DNA of 64,000 bases from Mustelus asterias (GCF_964213995.1 NW_027590224.1:558001-622000), one strand, 5' to 3'. Positions 1 to 11,659 are shown, numbered from the stretch's first letter. Numbers and translations: made by a program. Notes: generated by a model from the sequence alone, not told the origin.

Positions 1-629
1 GTGTGGTTGAAGTTAGTCAGGTGAGCCATGATCTTATTGAATGGTGGAGCAGGCTCGAGTGGCCGCCTCCTGCTCCCAATTCATATGTTTGTATCGATGT
101 ACGTGTGTACCCAGTCTGGTCTATATGTGACTCCAGTCCCACATTAACCTGGGTGACTTTTAACTGCCCTCTGACTTGCTCAAACACTTCAATCAGTTTG
201 TATCAAACCACTGGACAGAGAAACCAGAATAAAACTGAAGGGATCACTGGCTGTGACCCAGGTATTGAGTCAGAATGTTGGGGTGCAGGAGGTGGGGTCT
301 GTAACACCTCTCAGGCAGCCTTGACAAGACCCAGTGCACTTACCTTGTTCCCAGTAGGCCCAGGATCCTGTGGGGATTCTCTCCACGGGGATGTAGGCTG
401 CTGGGAATGATCCTGCTCAGGGGAACTCTGGAAAACTTCCATTCTACCCATCACAGTTAATGCAATCCTGTTGGACTTTTCACTCTGCCGACCCTGTTCC
501 TGATCCTTCCTGATCAGTTTGAGTCGAGTCTCGTTGCTCCCTGGATGTTTTTCCCTAAAGCCCGATAGTCTTTGACCATTTCTGTAGTTTGTGTCACACA
601 CAATACTAAACACATGATGTTTTCTTTAG

Positions 630-668
630 AGCGACTTCCTACACCTGGACCGAACACACCTGTACCAG
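630..668 (+). CDS. IgV gene copy A, Pro-rich stalk exon (xRLPTPGPNTPVP)
   Basis: Acceptor tttctttag, 39 nt, donor CAG|gtaaat; phase 1-1; identical to the exon in copy B. Confidence 0.8.
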
Positions 669-756
669 GTAAATCTGTTTCTAAACTACTGCATGTGTTT
701 TCAGCGTGTTGCATCATTCTGGATAGACAGCGAGTAACACTGGAAGGTTTGAAAGT

Positions 757-1060
757 AAAGTTTATTCGTTTATTTATTAAAAGTTATTTATTAGTCACAG
801 GTAAGGCTTACATTAACACTGCAATGAAGTTACTGAGAAATTCCCCAAGTCGCCACACTCCAGTGCAAGTTCGGGTCAATGCACCCTAACCAGCACGTCT
901 TCCAGACTGTGGGAGGAAACCGGAGCACCCGGAGGAAACCCACACAGACACAGGGAGAACTTGCAAACTCCACACAGACAGTGACCCAAGCCAGGGATCG
1001 AACCTGGGACCCAGGCGCTGTGAGGCAGCAGAGCTAATCACTGTGCTACTATGCCACCCA
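757..1060 (-). mobile_element. tRNA-derived V-SINE (HE1-like)
   Basis: Reverse complement of the tRNA-like head (A/B boxes) plus the V-domain core gtggagtttgca...gggtttcctccgggtgctccggtttcctcccaca. Confidence 0.85.
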
Positions 1061-1695
1061 AGAATGATTGTGAGAGAGTGAGTGATGTGAGTCACTGTTA
1101 CCTGTAACTGGTCCTGCAACCACTGGGATTTGTTATTTCTGTTTCTGAGTCTCACCTTCCTGTCCCTCAGATACAGAACTGTGAGGATTCCTGCTTCCCA
1201 CGAGCATTCGTGTTTCTGGAATTCTGTGTGGAAAGTCTCGGTACAATTTTACCCAAACCCACCTGTTGGGAAACTGATGGGATTGGATGTAACACTGGGT
1301 GAAGTCAGTGGAGAGAAATATTTACCCGGGTGTAATCCGGCATTCCACACAATCCCGTGGCCTTTTCCGATTGGTAAATTATTTTAAAATCTCCTGTTAG
1401 TTCAGCGTGCTGTTGGGTTGAATTGAAGGGAGGCTGCTGCTGCTCAGTGTCCAGTTATCTCTATTGGAAAGCATGTATCGATCACATTGTGGGGCAGTGT
1501 GTGTGTGCAAGGAGCTGTGGGGTGACCTGGTGTGTGTGTGATTATCGGTGTCTAACCTCCCACATCCCTCCAGGACTAGAATTAACCAGGGATCTGTCTA
1601 TACTGGGGATGGTTCTGAAACACTCGGTGCTGAAGGTCTCTGCTGTTAGTTTGTGAGTGTGTCCCAGTCTGTTAATGGCTTCATTCTGTCTCTAG

Positions 1696-1807
1696 GACCT
1701 GGACTCCCGGATAGAGCAAGAGTTGGATTGGGAATCGGAATTCTTGTTGCTGTTGTTTTTGTTGTTGCTGGAATTGGGATTTACATATTCCGAAAGCGAC
1801 AAAGACG
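1696..1807 (+). CDS. IgV gene copy A, transmembrane exon (GPGLPDRARVGLGIGILVAVVFVVAGIGIYIFRKRQR)
   Basis: Acceptor tctctag, donor ACG|gtgagt; hydrophobic stretch followed by basic stop-transfer RKRQR; phase 1-2; one extra Val relative to copy B. Confidence 0.88.
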
Positions 1808-1999
1808 GTGAGTTCCAGAATGTTCCACTGTTTCCATTGGGATCCTGTTTTTGGTTTATAATGTTTGTTCAATGTTGCTGAACTCCAGAACTGTCCATTT
1901 ACTGAGCTGTGAGGATGCTTCAATCCACCCTATCATTGAGCAGCGTTAACCAGTCACTTCCAGCTTGTCATCCTCTTGCTGCTGAACAGTCCCCGTGGA

Positions 2000-2570
2000 T
2001 TGGAAAGGAGCGAATATTATCCCACTGGGAGAACCAGTGGATGAGGAATGTATCTGGGATTTCAGAAGGTATTTGATAAGGTGCCACACAATAGGTTGTT
2101 CCACAAGACATGGGCTCAGGGGATTGGGGGTAATGTAGCATGGATTGAGGATTGGTGAGTGGACAGAAACAGAGGAGGGACAATGGGTGATTTTTGGTTG
2201 GCAGGATGTAACTGGTGCTGCCGGGATCAGTGCTGGAGCCTCAGCTAATCACAATCCATGTCAGTGACTTATTACACTCCATCCCTTCATATATGTCGAA
2301 GTTTGCTGAAGATGTAACCCTGGATGGGAAAGTAAGCTGTGTGGAGGACACAAAGACACAAAGAGGACACAAAGCTATAATATGGGCAGTCTGAATTTTC
2401 CACTTTGCTGGGAAGAATGGAAAAACAGATTAGCTGGCAGACTGGAAAATGTTGGTATTCTGAAGGATTTTAGTGTCCTTGTGCGTGAATCACAGTCTCC
2501 CTGCAGGGCAAGCAGGCAATTGGGATGTTGGCACACAGACTCAAGGGGCCGAATGGCCACCTCCTGATTT
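2000..2570 (+). mobile_element. Degenerate CR1-clade LINE RT/3' fragments
   Basis: Decayed matches to CR1 ORF2 motifs (gggatcagtgctgg, aagtttgctga) and the CR1 3' end (gggccgaatggcc). Confidence 0.6.
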
Positions 2571-3378
2571 TATCGTTTATTTTCTATTTTTACCAAATTT
2601 TGAATGATGTTGTTTTCCCATCTCTCACAGAATCCTATGAATGGATTATCCGACAACTCTTGCGATCTCTGAAAATCTGTGCTCTCGCACGTCCCTCGAT
2701 TTCTACCGCTCCACCATTGCTGATCATGCCTCCAAAAGCCTGGGCTCTAATCTCGGAAAATCCCTTCCTAAACCTTGGACTCTCTCTCCCTCCTCCACTA
2801 TAATGCTCCTTTAAAACTTATCCTTCTGCCTGAATTTCTCCCTCAGTAACTCAATGTTAAATATTGTTTATCTTTCCGTGAAGTATTTCTGGGTGTTCTA
2901 TAAAGGTGCTATATAAATGCAAGTTGTTGTTAGTCAATCTCCTCCTGCACTTTTCAGACCTCCCCCTTAACCCGGACATCAGAGGATTCAGTCACTGGGA
3001 AAGCCATCTCGGATTTCCTTGTCTCACTCAATATCCACATCTCCGTGCTCACCGCCTATCCCCACACACACCCCTCACAGTGGCAGCAGGAACTATTGCA
3101 GGGTTCTCTAACTCTATCCTCTGACCCTCCCTCTGTGGGTCAGCACAGCTCCTGTGGACTGTCCAGCTCTTGCCCGTTGCCTCCCCTCTAAGCCTCCTCT
3201 CCTCTACACTCTGTGCTCCATCACTGTGCAGCTCCTGTGACCCATTTTCCAGCTGCCATTGGTACCCAGGATGTTGCGTGGAATTTAATGGGTCTGTGTT
3301 CCTGAACGGCTCCTTTACTCACCTGGCCAAAGTGTTGGATTCTTTTCATTCTGAACTCTGCTGTTTGTTCTCTTCTAG

Positions 3379-3547
3379 GAATCAAAACAGACACACGATC
3401 GATCAAAATGAAGCATCTAATGATGTCCCTTTGACAGAGGTGACCTGTTCAGGTGAAGCACGGGGCCTTGTGACAACAGCACCTGAGCATCAGGATGGAG
3501 CAGCTGGAGAACAAAACCTTCTGGGGAATGGGACTGTCCAGCACTGA
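3379..3547 (+). CDS. IgV gene copy A, cytoplasmic tail exon to stop
   Basis: Acceptor tgttctcttctag; phase 2 matches the TM exon; encodes RNQNRHTIDQ...GNGTVQH*; frame conserved in copy B. Confidence 0.8.
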
Positions 3548-3669
3548 ATCACTTTGCACTGAATCACTTTGCACAGCCCTGGGTAACCACCACAGCCTCA
3601 AGAAAACCGACTGATGCCAAAATCCCTTCTGTAATTGTTTCCAATCAGTATTTATTTAATGTATCTCAG

Positions 3670-3997
3670 TATTACTGTCGACGAGGACATTGACAATCGA
3701 CTGTCGAAGACTAACAGCTCCTTTGGCCACCTCTTGAATGTGTGTTGAAACCATTCACTACCCGTGTCTAACAGAACTCGGGTTTACAGAGAGATTGTCA
3801 TTACTGCCCTCTTGAGTGGGTCAGAATGATGGGTTCGGTACAGAAAACAAATGGAGAGCTTCCATCAACACTGCCCTCGATCCATCATGAACAGCAGACG
3901 GCAGAACTACATCACAAACAATGATGTTCTCAACAGCACCAATCTGTCCAGAACTGAATACCTTCTCTTCCAACACCAATTACACTGGGCAGAGTGT
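3670..3997 (+). mobile_element. RTE-clade LINE 3' ORF fragment (also ~42305-42635)
   Basis: Degenerate translation DEDIDNRLSKTNSSFGHL...ESFHQHCPRSIM...QLHWA resembles the RTE RT C-terminus. Confidence 0.65.
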
Positions 3998-4007
3998 GTG
4001 TCACACA

Positions 4008-4290
4008 CTTAGACTTAGACTTAGGACAGTACAGCACAGAACAGGCCCTTCGGCCCACCATGTTGTGCCGAGCTTTATCTGAAACCAAGATCAAGCTATC
4101 CCACTCCCTATCATCCTGGTGTGCTCCATGTGCCGATCCAATAACCGCTTAAATGTTCCTAAAGTGTCTGACTCCACTCTCACTGCAGGCAGTCCATTCC
4201 ACACCCCAACCACTCTCTGCGTAAAGAACCTACCTCTGATATCCTTCCTATATCTCCCACCATGAACCGTATAGTTATTCCCCCTTGTAA
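4008..4290 (-). mobile_element. CR1 LINE 3' end fragment (also ~42641-42925)
   Basis: Minus-strand translation RGRFFTQRVVGVWNGLP...FKRLLDRHM plus a short tandem-repeat tail (ctaagt)n. Confidence 0.85.
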
Positions 4291-6130
4291 TAGCTCCACA
4301 CGGAGGGTTCCAGAATGTCAAAAGCAGAACTTGATGAGGATATATTATGTTGACTTTCACAGAGACAAGACTTTGCATGATCTTCACCTGTGAAGAACCT
4401 GCCATTATCAACATTCCTGTGACAGACTGTGTCCAAACCCACTGACAGGAACATACAGAAACACCTTTAGCATTGATCACTCCCTGTGTGAGATGGTAAC
4501 TCACATAATATCCTGTTGATGAGTGAATGGGAACATCAGAGTTTCTGATGAAGTTATTAACTTGTTGTCAGTGTGGGTGATGCTGCCAGGGCCCCATTTA
4601 GTGTCCATCTCTGCTTGAGCCACTGCAGTCCTTGTCGTGATGGTGCTCCCAGTGATGAACATGGAAGAGGTTTCACAAACTCCCTTTACAGCAGCATCTC
4701 CATGTGCCCTCTCTCCATGAGCCTGACATCTTTCTTAATGTGTGGTGCCTTGAATTGGACACCATTCTGCTGCTCATGTCTAACTAGTGATTTATAACTG
4801 TTCAGAACAGCCTCCTTACATTTGCACTGTTTTTGTATTTAGAAACCTCTCTCTGGGTGCGTGTAGCTGCGACCCAGCATCATTGCATTAATTTATGAAT
4901 CTTGTGGTTACAAATTTTCACTCTGCAATTCCTTCACTTTCACAGCATTATTTGCATAATTTATAGTCCACATTCTGTGTATTACTCAGTCCAAGCTAAG
5001 TGCCGACGAATGTTATATTTTTACAGTGCGATCTCTATCCTGTTTTGAATGTTATGTTTTTATGATGTGCATAAACAGTTAGTGTTAATGAGTAGATGCT
5101 CTCTCTGTTTCTGTTTAATGAAGCAGCTAAATGCGTGCCTCAAAGATTGGTGTGGGTGAAATGGGATTGAATTCATGGGACATTGGCACCAGTACTGGGG
5201 GAGAAGGGACCTGTTCCGATGGGACAGTCTCCATCTGAATCATGCTGGGAACCAGAGTCCTAGCGAATCGCAAACTAACGAGGGCTTTAAACTGAATCGG
5301 GGGGAGGGTTCAGTTGTAGGGGAAATGAGAAAACCCAAATTGAAGGAGGAGGTAAGGGTGCAGGTTGGCGATGTGGCAGATAGTTACCAGACAATTAAAA
5401 AGGACAGAGCGGGTGAATGTCTTTATGCACCAAGGAATTCTAAAAGAGTTTGGAAATTTACCAGGAGAACAAATGAAAAGGTTTGTATCTAAATGCACAA
5501 AACATTCGGAATAAAATTAATGAGTTAACGGTGCAAATAGAAGCAGAGGGGTATGATTTGGTGGCAGTTACTGAGACATGGTTACAAGGAGAGCAGGTCT
5601 GGGAACTGAATATCCAAGGGTACTCAGCATTTCAGAAAGGGAGACTGAAAGAAAAGGAGGTGGTGGAGCTTTGCGAGTGAAGGAAGGGATCAGTGCTGTG
5701 TGAGAAATGACAGAAGCATGGGAGATTTTTGATTTGATTTATTATTGTCACATGTATTAACATGCAGTAAAAAGTATTGTTTCTTGCGCGCTATACAGTC
5801 GCTTTCCGTGGGTTGACCTTCGAGAAAGCTGCTCTGACGTCTGTAATGGTGACCCCCAGATACAGGTTCATCCAGAGCTTCCAGGGTGGAGGCCATGCTC
5901 TCACTGACCTCTTGCTCAAAACAGGCAAAGAATGCATTGAGCTCATCAGGGAGGGGTGCATTGCAGCCGGCGACTTTACATGCCTTCATCTTGTAGCCTG
6001 TTATGTCTTGCAGACCTTGCCATAGTTGGTAGGGGTCTGTGTGGCTCGCCTGGGATTCTAGCTTGGTCTGGTACTGTCTTTTGGTATCTTTGATGGATCT
6101 CCTTGGATCATATCTGGGTTTCTTGTGTAG

Positions 6131-6373
6131 ACACAGTAAGGAGTCTAACAACACCAGGTTAAAGTCCAACAGGTTTATTTAGTAGCAAGCGTCTCGCTTT
6201 CGGAGCGCTGCTCCTTCGTCAGGTGAGTGGGAGGTCTCCCACTCACCTGATGAAGGAGCAGCGCTCCGAAAGCTCGTGACGTTTGCTACCAAATAAACCT
6301 GTTGGACTTTAACCTGGTGTTGTTAGACTCCTTACTGTGTTTACCCCAGTCCAACGCCGGCATCTCCACATCA
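6131..6373. mobile_element. Fold-back (palindromic) non-autonomous Penelope derivative
   Basis: Inverted arms of the Penelope 3' terminal sequence; perfect 12-bp TSD tttcttgtgtag at 6119-6130 and 6374-6385. Confidence 0.88.
6244..6278 (+). ncRNA. Minimal type I hammerhead ribozyme motif
   Basis: CAC-CUGAUGA-a-GGAGC-agc-GCUCC-GAAAGCU-C-GUG: conserved core, stem II, palindromic stem III, stem I CAC/GUG. Confidence 0.8.
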
Positions 6374-9300
6374 TTTCTTGTGTAGGTCAGGGTTCGCCTG
6401 ACGTGAACGCCTCAGACCTGGACTTCAGCAAGCAGTGGATATCCCTGTTCATCCATGGTTTCCGGTTGGGGAACACGTGGATTTGCTTCTTGGGCACAGT
6501 CTTCGACACACTAATGAAGTCAGTTATTGTAGTGGCCTACTTGTTCAGGCTGGCCGCAGAGTTTTTAAATACTGACCAGTCCACTGACTCCAAGCAGCCC
6601 GTAGGAGATCATCCGATTCCTCAGACCAACATTGCATGAATTTCTTTGATGGATTCTCCCGTTTCAGTTTTTGCTTGTAAGCCGGGAGCAGGAGCACAGC
6701 CTTGTGGTCTGATTTACCAAAGTGTGGGCGGGCGATAGAGCGATAGGCATGTTTGATATTTGTGTTGCAGTGGTCTAGGATGTTTGGGCCTCTGGTGGAA
6801 CAGGAGACATGTCGGTGGTAACTTGGTAGTACGCTTTTGAGGTTGGCCTGATTGAAGTCCCCGGCCACGATGAACAAGGCCTCGGGATGTTTCATCTCAA
6901 GGCTATTTGTAGTTATGTATATTTCATCCACAGCGATCTTCACATCCGCATGGGGTGGGATGTAAACTGCCGTCAGGATAATGGGGGTGAACTCCTGCAG
7001 AAGGGAGTAGAGGTGGCATTTTAGTATCAGGTAGTGTAGGTGTGGGGAACAGAAACTCGCCAGTGTTGCTACGTCGAGGCACCACGAGGTGTTGATTAGG
7101 AAGCCGATCCCACCTCCTCCAGCCTTGCCTGAGGCCACTGTACGGTACATTCGATGGATTGAGAAGCCCTCGGTTGATCAAGATGTGGAATCAGCCTGGG
7201 TAGAAATAAGAAATAGCAAAGGAAGAAGTACTTGGTCAGAGTAATCTATAGGTCCCCAAGTAGTAGTTCCGCAGCGTGGCACAGTATAAACCAGGAAATA
7301 CTGGGGGCTTGCAAGAAAGGTATGACAATAATCATGGGTGATTGTAAGATGCACATAGATCGGAAGAATCAAACTGGCAAGGGTAGCCTGGAGGCAGTTT
7401 TCATTAAATGTATTAGAGATTGTTTCTTGGAACAGTATGTTGTGGAACCAACCAGGGAGCAGGCTACTCTGGATTGGGTATTGTGTAATGAGGAGGGATT
7501 AATTGATTACTTCATTGTTAAGGATCCTCTGGGGAGCAGTGACCATAGTATGATAGAATTCAAAATTCCGTTTGGGGGAAGAGAAAGTGGAGTCCCACAC
7601 TTAGCGTTCTGGAATTAAAGGAAATTACATCGGCATGAGGACAGATTCGGCCAGAGCAGAGTGGGCAGGGAGGCTCAAAGGGTCGGACAGTGGATGAGCA
7701 GTGGCAGCTGTTTAAGGAGATACTCATGTCCTCAACTAAAATATATCTCAGTGAGGAAGAAAGATGGTTGGGGGGGGGGGGGTAAAAAACATACATGGCT
7801 AAACAAGGAGGTCAAGGTCAATATAAAGACAAAAACGAAGGTGTACCATATTGCAATGCTCAGTGGCAGGCTGGAAGATTGGGAAACTTTCAAACATAAA
7901 CAAAGGGATACTAAAAAAATAATAAAAAGAGCGAAGGTAAATTACGAAAGAAAACCAGTGCAAAATATCAAGGATAGCAAAAGCTTCAATGGGCAGATAA
8001 AAGGGAAGAGAGTCGCCGGGTGACTCTTCCCTTGGAAGATGAAACTGGAGAGTTAATAGTGGGAAACACTGAAACGGCAGAGATGCTAAATCAATACTTT
8101 GCCTCAGTTTTCACGGTGGAGGACACTCGTACCATTCCTATAGGAACGGGCAAGTCAGAGGTAATAGAAAGGGTAGAACTTGGAACAATCAACACCGATA
8201 GGGAAAAGGTACACAGCAAACTATTGGGATTGAGGGCAGATAAGTCCCCCAGACCTGATGGCCTACATCCTCGGGTATTAAAGGAAGTGGCGGCGGAGAT
8301 AGTGGATGCATTATAATATTGCAAAGTTCCCTGGACACGGGAAATGTTCCAATGGATTGCAAAAATGCTTATTCAGAAAGGGAGGGAGGCAAAATGTGGG
8401 AAATGAAAAACCAGTTAGTTTAACATCGGCTGTTTGGAAAGTGTTAGAATCAATTATCAAGGAAGCAATATCAGGACATTTGGAAAGTCAAAACACTATC
8501 CATCCGAGTCAGCATGGTTTTACGAAAGGCAAATCTTGTTTGACTAATTTGCTCGAGTTCTTTGAGGATATAACAAGCAAAGTGGATAATGGGGATCCTG
8601 TAGATGTAGTATATCTGGACTTGGAAGGATGGCGAAAAGTAAGTAGTGGAGTGCCACAGGATTCGGTCCTTGGGGCCCAGCTATTTACAATCTATATTAA
8701 TGACTTGGATACAGGGATAGGAGGCTCTATAGCCAAATTTGCAGATGACAGAAAAATAAGTGGGACAGTAAGTTGCAATGAGGAAATAAGAACCTTACAA
8801 ATGGATATAGATTGGTTAGGAAGGTGGGCCAAAATGTGGCAGATGGAATTTAATGTGGATAAGTGAGAGGTCATGCATTTTGATTGCAAAAATGAGAAGG
8901 CAACTTATTATCTAATGGGGAGAGACTTTGGGGTGCTCCAGCGCAGAGGGCTCTGGATGTCCGAGTTCATGGCTCACAGAAAACTGGCATGCAGGTACAA
9001 CAGATTATAAAGAAAGCGAATGGAATGTTGGCATTTATAGCTAAAGGAATAGAATATAAAGGCAAGGAAGTATTGTTGCAACTATACAAGGCTTTGGTGA
9101 GGCCGCACCTGGAGTATTGTGCACAGTTTTGGCCCTGTATTTGAGGAAAAATGTTGTGGCATTGGAGGCAGATCAGAGGGCGTTCACTTGATTGATTCGA
9201 GATGAGGGATTTGTCGGATGAAGAGAGATTGACCAGTTTAGGCCGATACTCTCTGCAATTTAGAAGAATGAGGGGAGATCAAATTGAGGTATACAAGATG

Positions 9301-9949
9301 ATAAAAGGTATGGATAAAGTAAAAGATGTGGAGCGGATGCTTCCGCTGGTGGGGCATTCTAGCACGAGAGGTCATAGTCTTCAGGTTAGGGGTAGCAAAG
9401 TTAAAACAGAGTTGAGGAGAAACTACTTCTCCCAAAGGTTTTGTTTCTGTGGAATTTCCTACCCTAAAGTGTGGTGGATGCTGGGATAGTGAGTAAATTT
9501 AAGGAGGAGTTAGACAGAGTTTTAATTGGTAATGGGTTGAAGGGTTATGGGGAGAAGACAGAAAAATGGGGATGAGGAGCATATCGGCCATGATCGAATG
9601 GCAGAGCAGATTCGATGGGCCGAATGGCCTAATTCTGCCGCTGTATCTTATGGCTGTCAGTGAGTTGATGGTGTTTGAAATGAATCAAAGTGTGTGTGGG
9701 CTCCTCTCACTGTGGGGAATACAGGAGGCTGAGAATGATGCTGCAGTTGGCACTTTGGGCTGAAGAGTTGGACAGAGTGACTCATTATTCCAACCTTCAC
9801 CAAACACAGCACCTTATGACCTGGTTTCCTGTGACCAATGGGTTAATTTATTTAACACGCTCTTCAGAACGGAGATTGCGAGAGATGCGCAGAGAAAACC
9901 GTTGACTTTTCAAGTTGTTGAATAAATAGAGAAATAAAATGATCTGCAC

Positions 9950-10090
9950 GCGGGGGAGGTTTGATTGACAGGCTGGCCTCTTACATGATTGGCCGGCTGT
10001 ACCTGATTGGTCCGCTGGCTGCCTCTGGCCCCGCCCCCGCCGCGAGCAGAAACCGTTGGAGGGAAAAAACGGTTAAAATTTGAAAAGTGG
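9950..10090. promoter_or_regulatory. CpG-rich promoter-like module (inverted CCAAT boxes, GC box, MYB-like sites, CHR)
   Basis: TGATTGACAG, two TGATTGG, CCCCGCCCC, AACCGTT/AACGGTT and TTTGAA (10079-10084) within 140 bp. Confidence 0.45.
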
Positions 10091-10184
10091 GTCGGGAGGT
10101 GAAAGGTCAAAGTCAATGGCCAACTTCCCCAAGTTGAGTTTGAGGAGGGTCAGAGGACAAGGCGGAGAACAAGTCTTCTTTCTC

Positions 10185-10450
10185 TTCTGTTCTTCAATAA
10201 AACCTCCCAAAGCCACAACCTCCAGCCTCCCCGAGAAGGACAAGGGCAGCAGGAACATGGGGAACACCATCACCTCCAAGTTCCCCTCCCAGTCTCACAC
10301 ACACCGTCCCCACTTGGAGATATATTGGCCGTTCCTTCATCGTCACTGGGTCAAAATCCTGGAGCTCCCTCCCTAACGGCACCGTGGGAGCACCTTCACC
10401 ACACGGGACTGAAACCGTTCAAGAAGATGCCCCATCACCACCTTCTCAAG
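10185..10450 (+). repeat. LINE 3'-end fragment, near-identical copy at ~56435-56690
   Basis: ORFs 10194..10382 and 56440..56628 translate identically; related sequence at ~15555-15690 and ~17000-17100. Confidence 0.75.
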
Positions 10451-10664
10451 GGACATCTTCACATGTGAGTTTTTACTGTGAAGGTTTATTTTTACGAGGT
10501 TAAATCTCAAGTGATACATTTTGGGAATTCCTGTGGGGAAGGCGCTAGACAAATGCAGCTCCTATTTTCAAATTTGTTCCAATGTCCCCTGCAATATGGG
10601 CACCTGGTCACCTGGTGGCGCTGTTGGATGGACAGAGCGCCTCCTGCTGTCTGAACCGCTTTAA

Positions 10665-11043
10665 GATGTGGAGATGCCGGCGTTGGACTGGGGTTCACAC
10701 AGTAAGAAGTTTAACAACACCAGGTTAAAGTCCAACAGGTTTCTTTGGTAGCAAAAGCCACACAAGCTTTCGGAGCTCCAAGCCCCTTCAGGTGAGTGTA
10801 AAAAGATTGTCTTGATGCTCTCTCCACTCACGTTGTTTGTATCTTAAAGACTTTATTAGCTGGAAGTATTCACATTCCAACCATTATTCATGTAAATTGA
10901 GTCTGTGTCTTTATATGCCCTGTTTGTGAACAGAATTCCCACTCACCTGAAGAAGGGGCTTGGAGCTCCGAAAGCTTGTGTGGCTTTTGCTACCAAATAA
11001 ACCTGTTGGACTTTAACCTGGTGTTGTTAAACTTTTTACTGTG
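10665..11043. mobile_element. Fold-back non-autonomous Penelope derivative
   Basis: Inverted arms of the Penelope terminus, flanked by tgaaccgctttaa and tgaacccctttaa. Confidence 0.85.
10944..10980 (+). ncRNA. Minimal hammerhead ribozyme motif
   Basis: CAC-CUGAAGA-a-GGGGCU-ugg-AGCUCC-GAAAGCU-U-GUG. Confidence 0.75.
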
Positions 11044-11224
11044 TGAACCCCTTTAATACAGGAACCAGACTCTGGGTTTATCTGTCTGAACCCCTTTAAT
11101 ACAGGAACCAGACTCTGGGTTTATCTGTCTGAACCCCTTTAATACAGGAACCGGACTCTGGGTTTATCTGTCTGAACCCCTTAAACCCAGAGTCTGCTTC
11201 CTGTATTAATCTGTCTGAACCCTT

Positions 11225-11659
11225 TAAGGAGTCTAACAATGCCAGGTTAAAGTCCAACAGGTTTATTTGGTAGCAAATACCATTAGCTTTCGGAGCGCTG
11301 CTCCTTCGTCAGATGGAGTGGAAATCTGCTCTCAAACAGGGCACAGAGACACAAAATCAAGTTACAGAATACTGATTAGAATGTGAATCTCTACAGCCAA
11401 CCAGGTCTTAAAGACACAATGTGGGTTGAGACAGATGTACTCACATTGTCTGTATCTTTAAGACCTGGTTGGCTGTAGAAATTTGCATTCTAATCAGTAT
11501 TCTGTAACTTGATTTTGTGTCTCTGTGCCCTGTTTGAGAGCACATTTCCACTCCATCTGACGATGGCGTTTGCTACCAAATAAACCTGTTGGACTTTAAC
11601 CTCGTGTCGTTAGACTCTTACTGTGTTTACCCCAGTCCAACACCGGCATTTCCACATCA
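11225..11659. mobile_element. Fold-back non-autonomous Penelope derivative (different subfamily)
   Basis: Long inverted arms centred near 11430; flanked by tgaaccctttaa and tgaacccctttaa. Confidence 0.85.
11281..11315 (-). ncRNA. Minimal hammerhead ribozyme motif
   Basis: Reverse complement reads CAU-CUGACGA-a-GGAGC-agc-GCUCC-GAAAGCU-A-AUG, with compensatory stem I CAU/AUG. Confidence 0.8.

Larger units (their letters stand above)
1..5310 (+). repeat. Segmental duplication unit A (paralogous to ~38174-43945)
   Basis: Near-identical sequence at offset 38173 at the start (ORFs 3..410 and 38176..38583 differ by one residue). Identity is interrupted at ~2265-2890 and ends where copy B switches to ERV sequence. 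Confidence 0.95.
5728..7175 (-). mobile_element. Rex1/Babar-like LINE fragment nested in CR1
   Basis: Minus ORF 6545-7150 (YIPP, AGDFNQANL, SDHKAVLLLPAYKQKLKR) is an APE endonuclease of Rex type. A (tcaaa)n 3' tail lies at ~5728-5745; the RT region is deleted. Confidence 0.8.
5105..9651 (+). mobile_element. Degenerate CR1-clade LINE (ORF1 esterase end, ORF2 endonuclease-RT, 3' UTR), interrupted by nested insertions
   Basis: Translated pieces: MGHWHQYWGRRDLFRWDSLHLN (ORF1); YLNAQNIRNK, ETWL, GSSDH (endonuclease); SQHGFTKGKSCLTNL, SGVPQDSVLG, KFADD (RT). Many frameshifts and stops, internal deletion near 8620. Confidence 0.92.
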
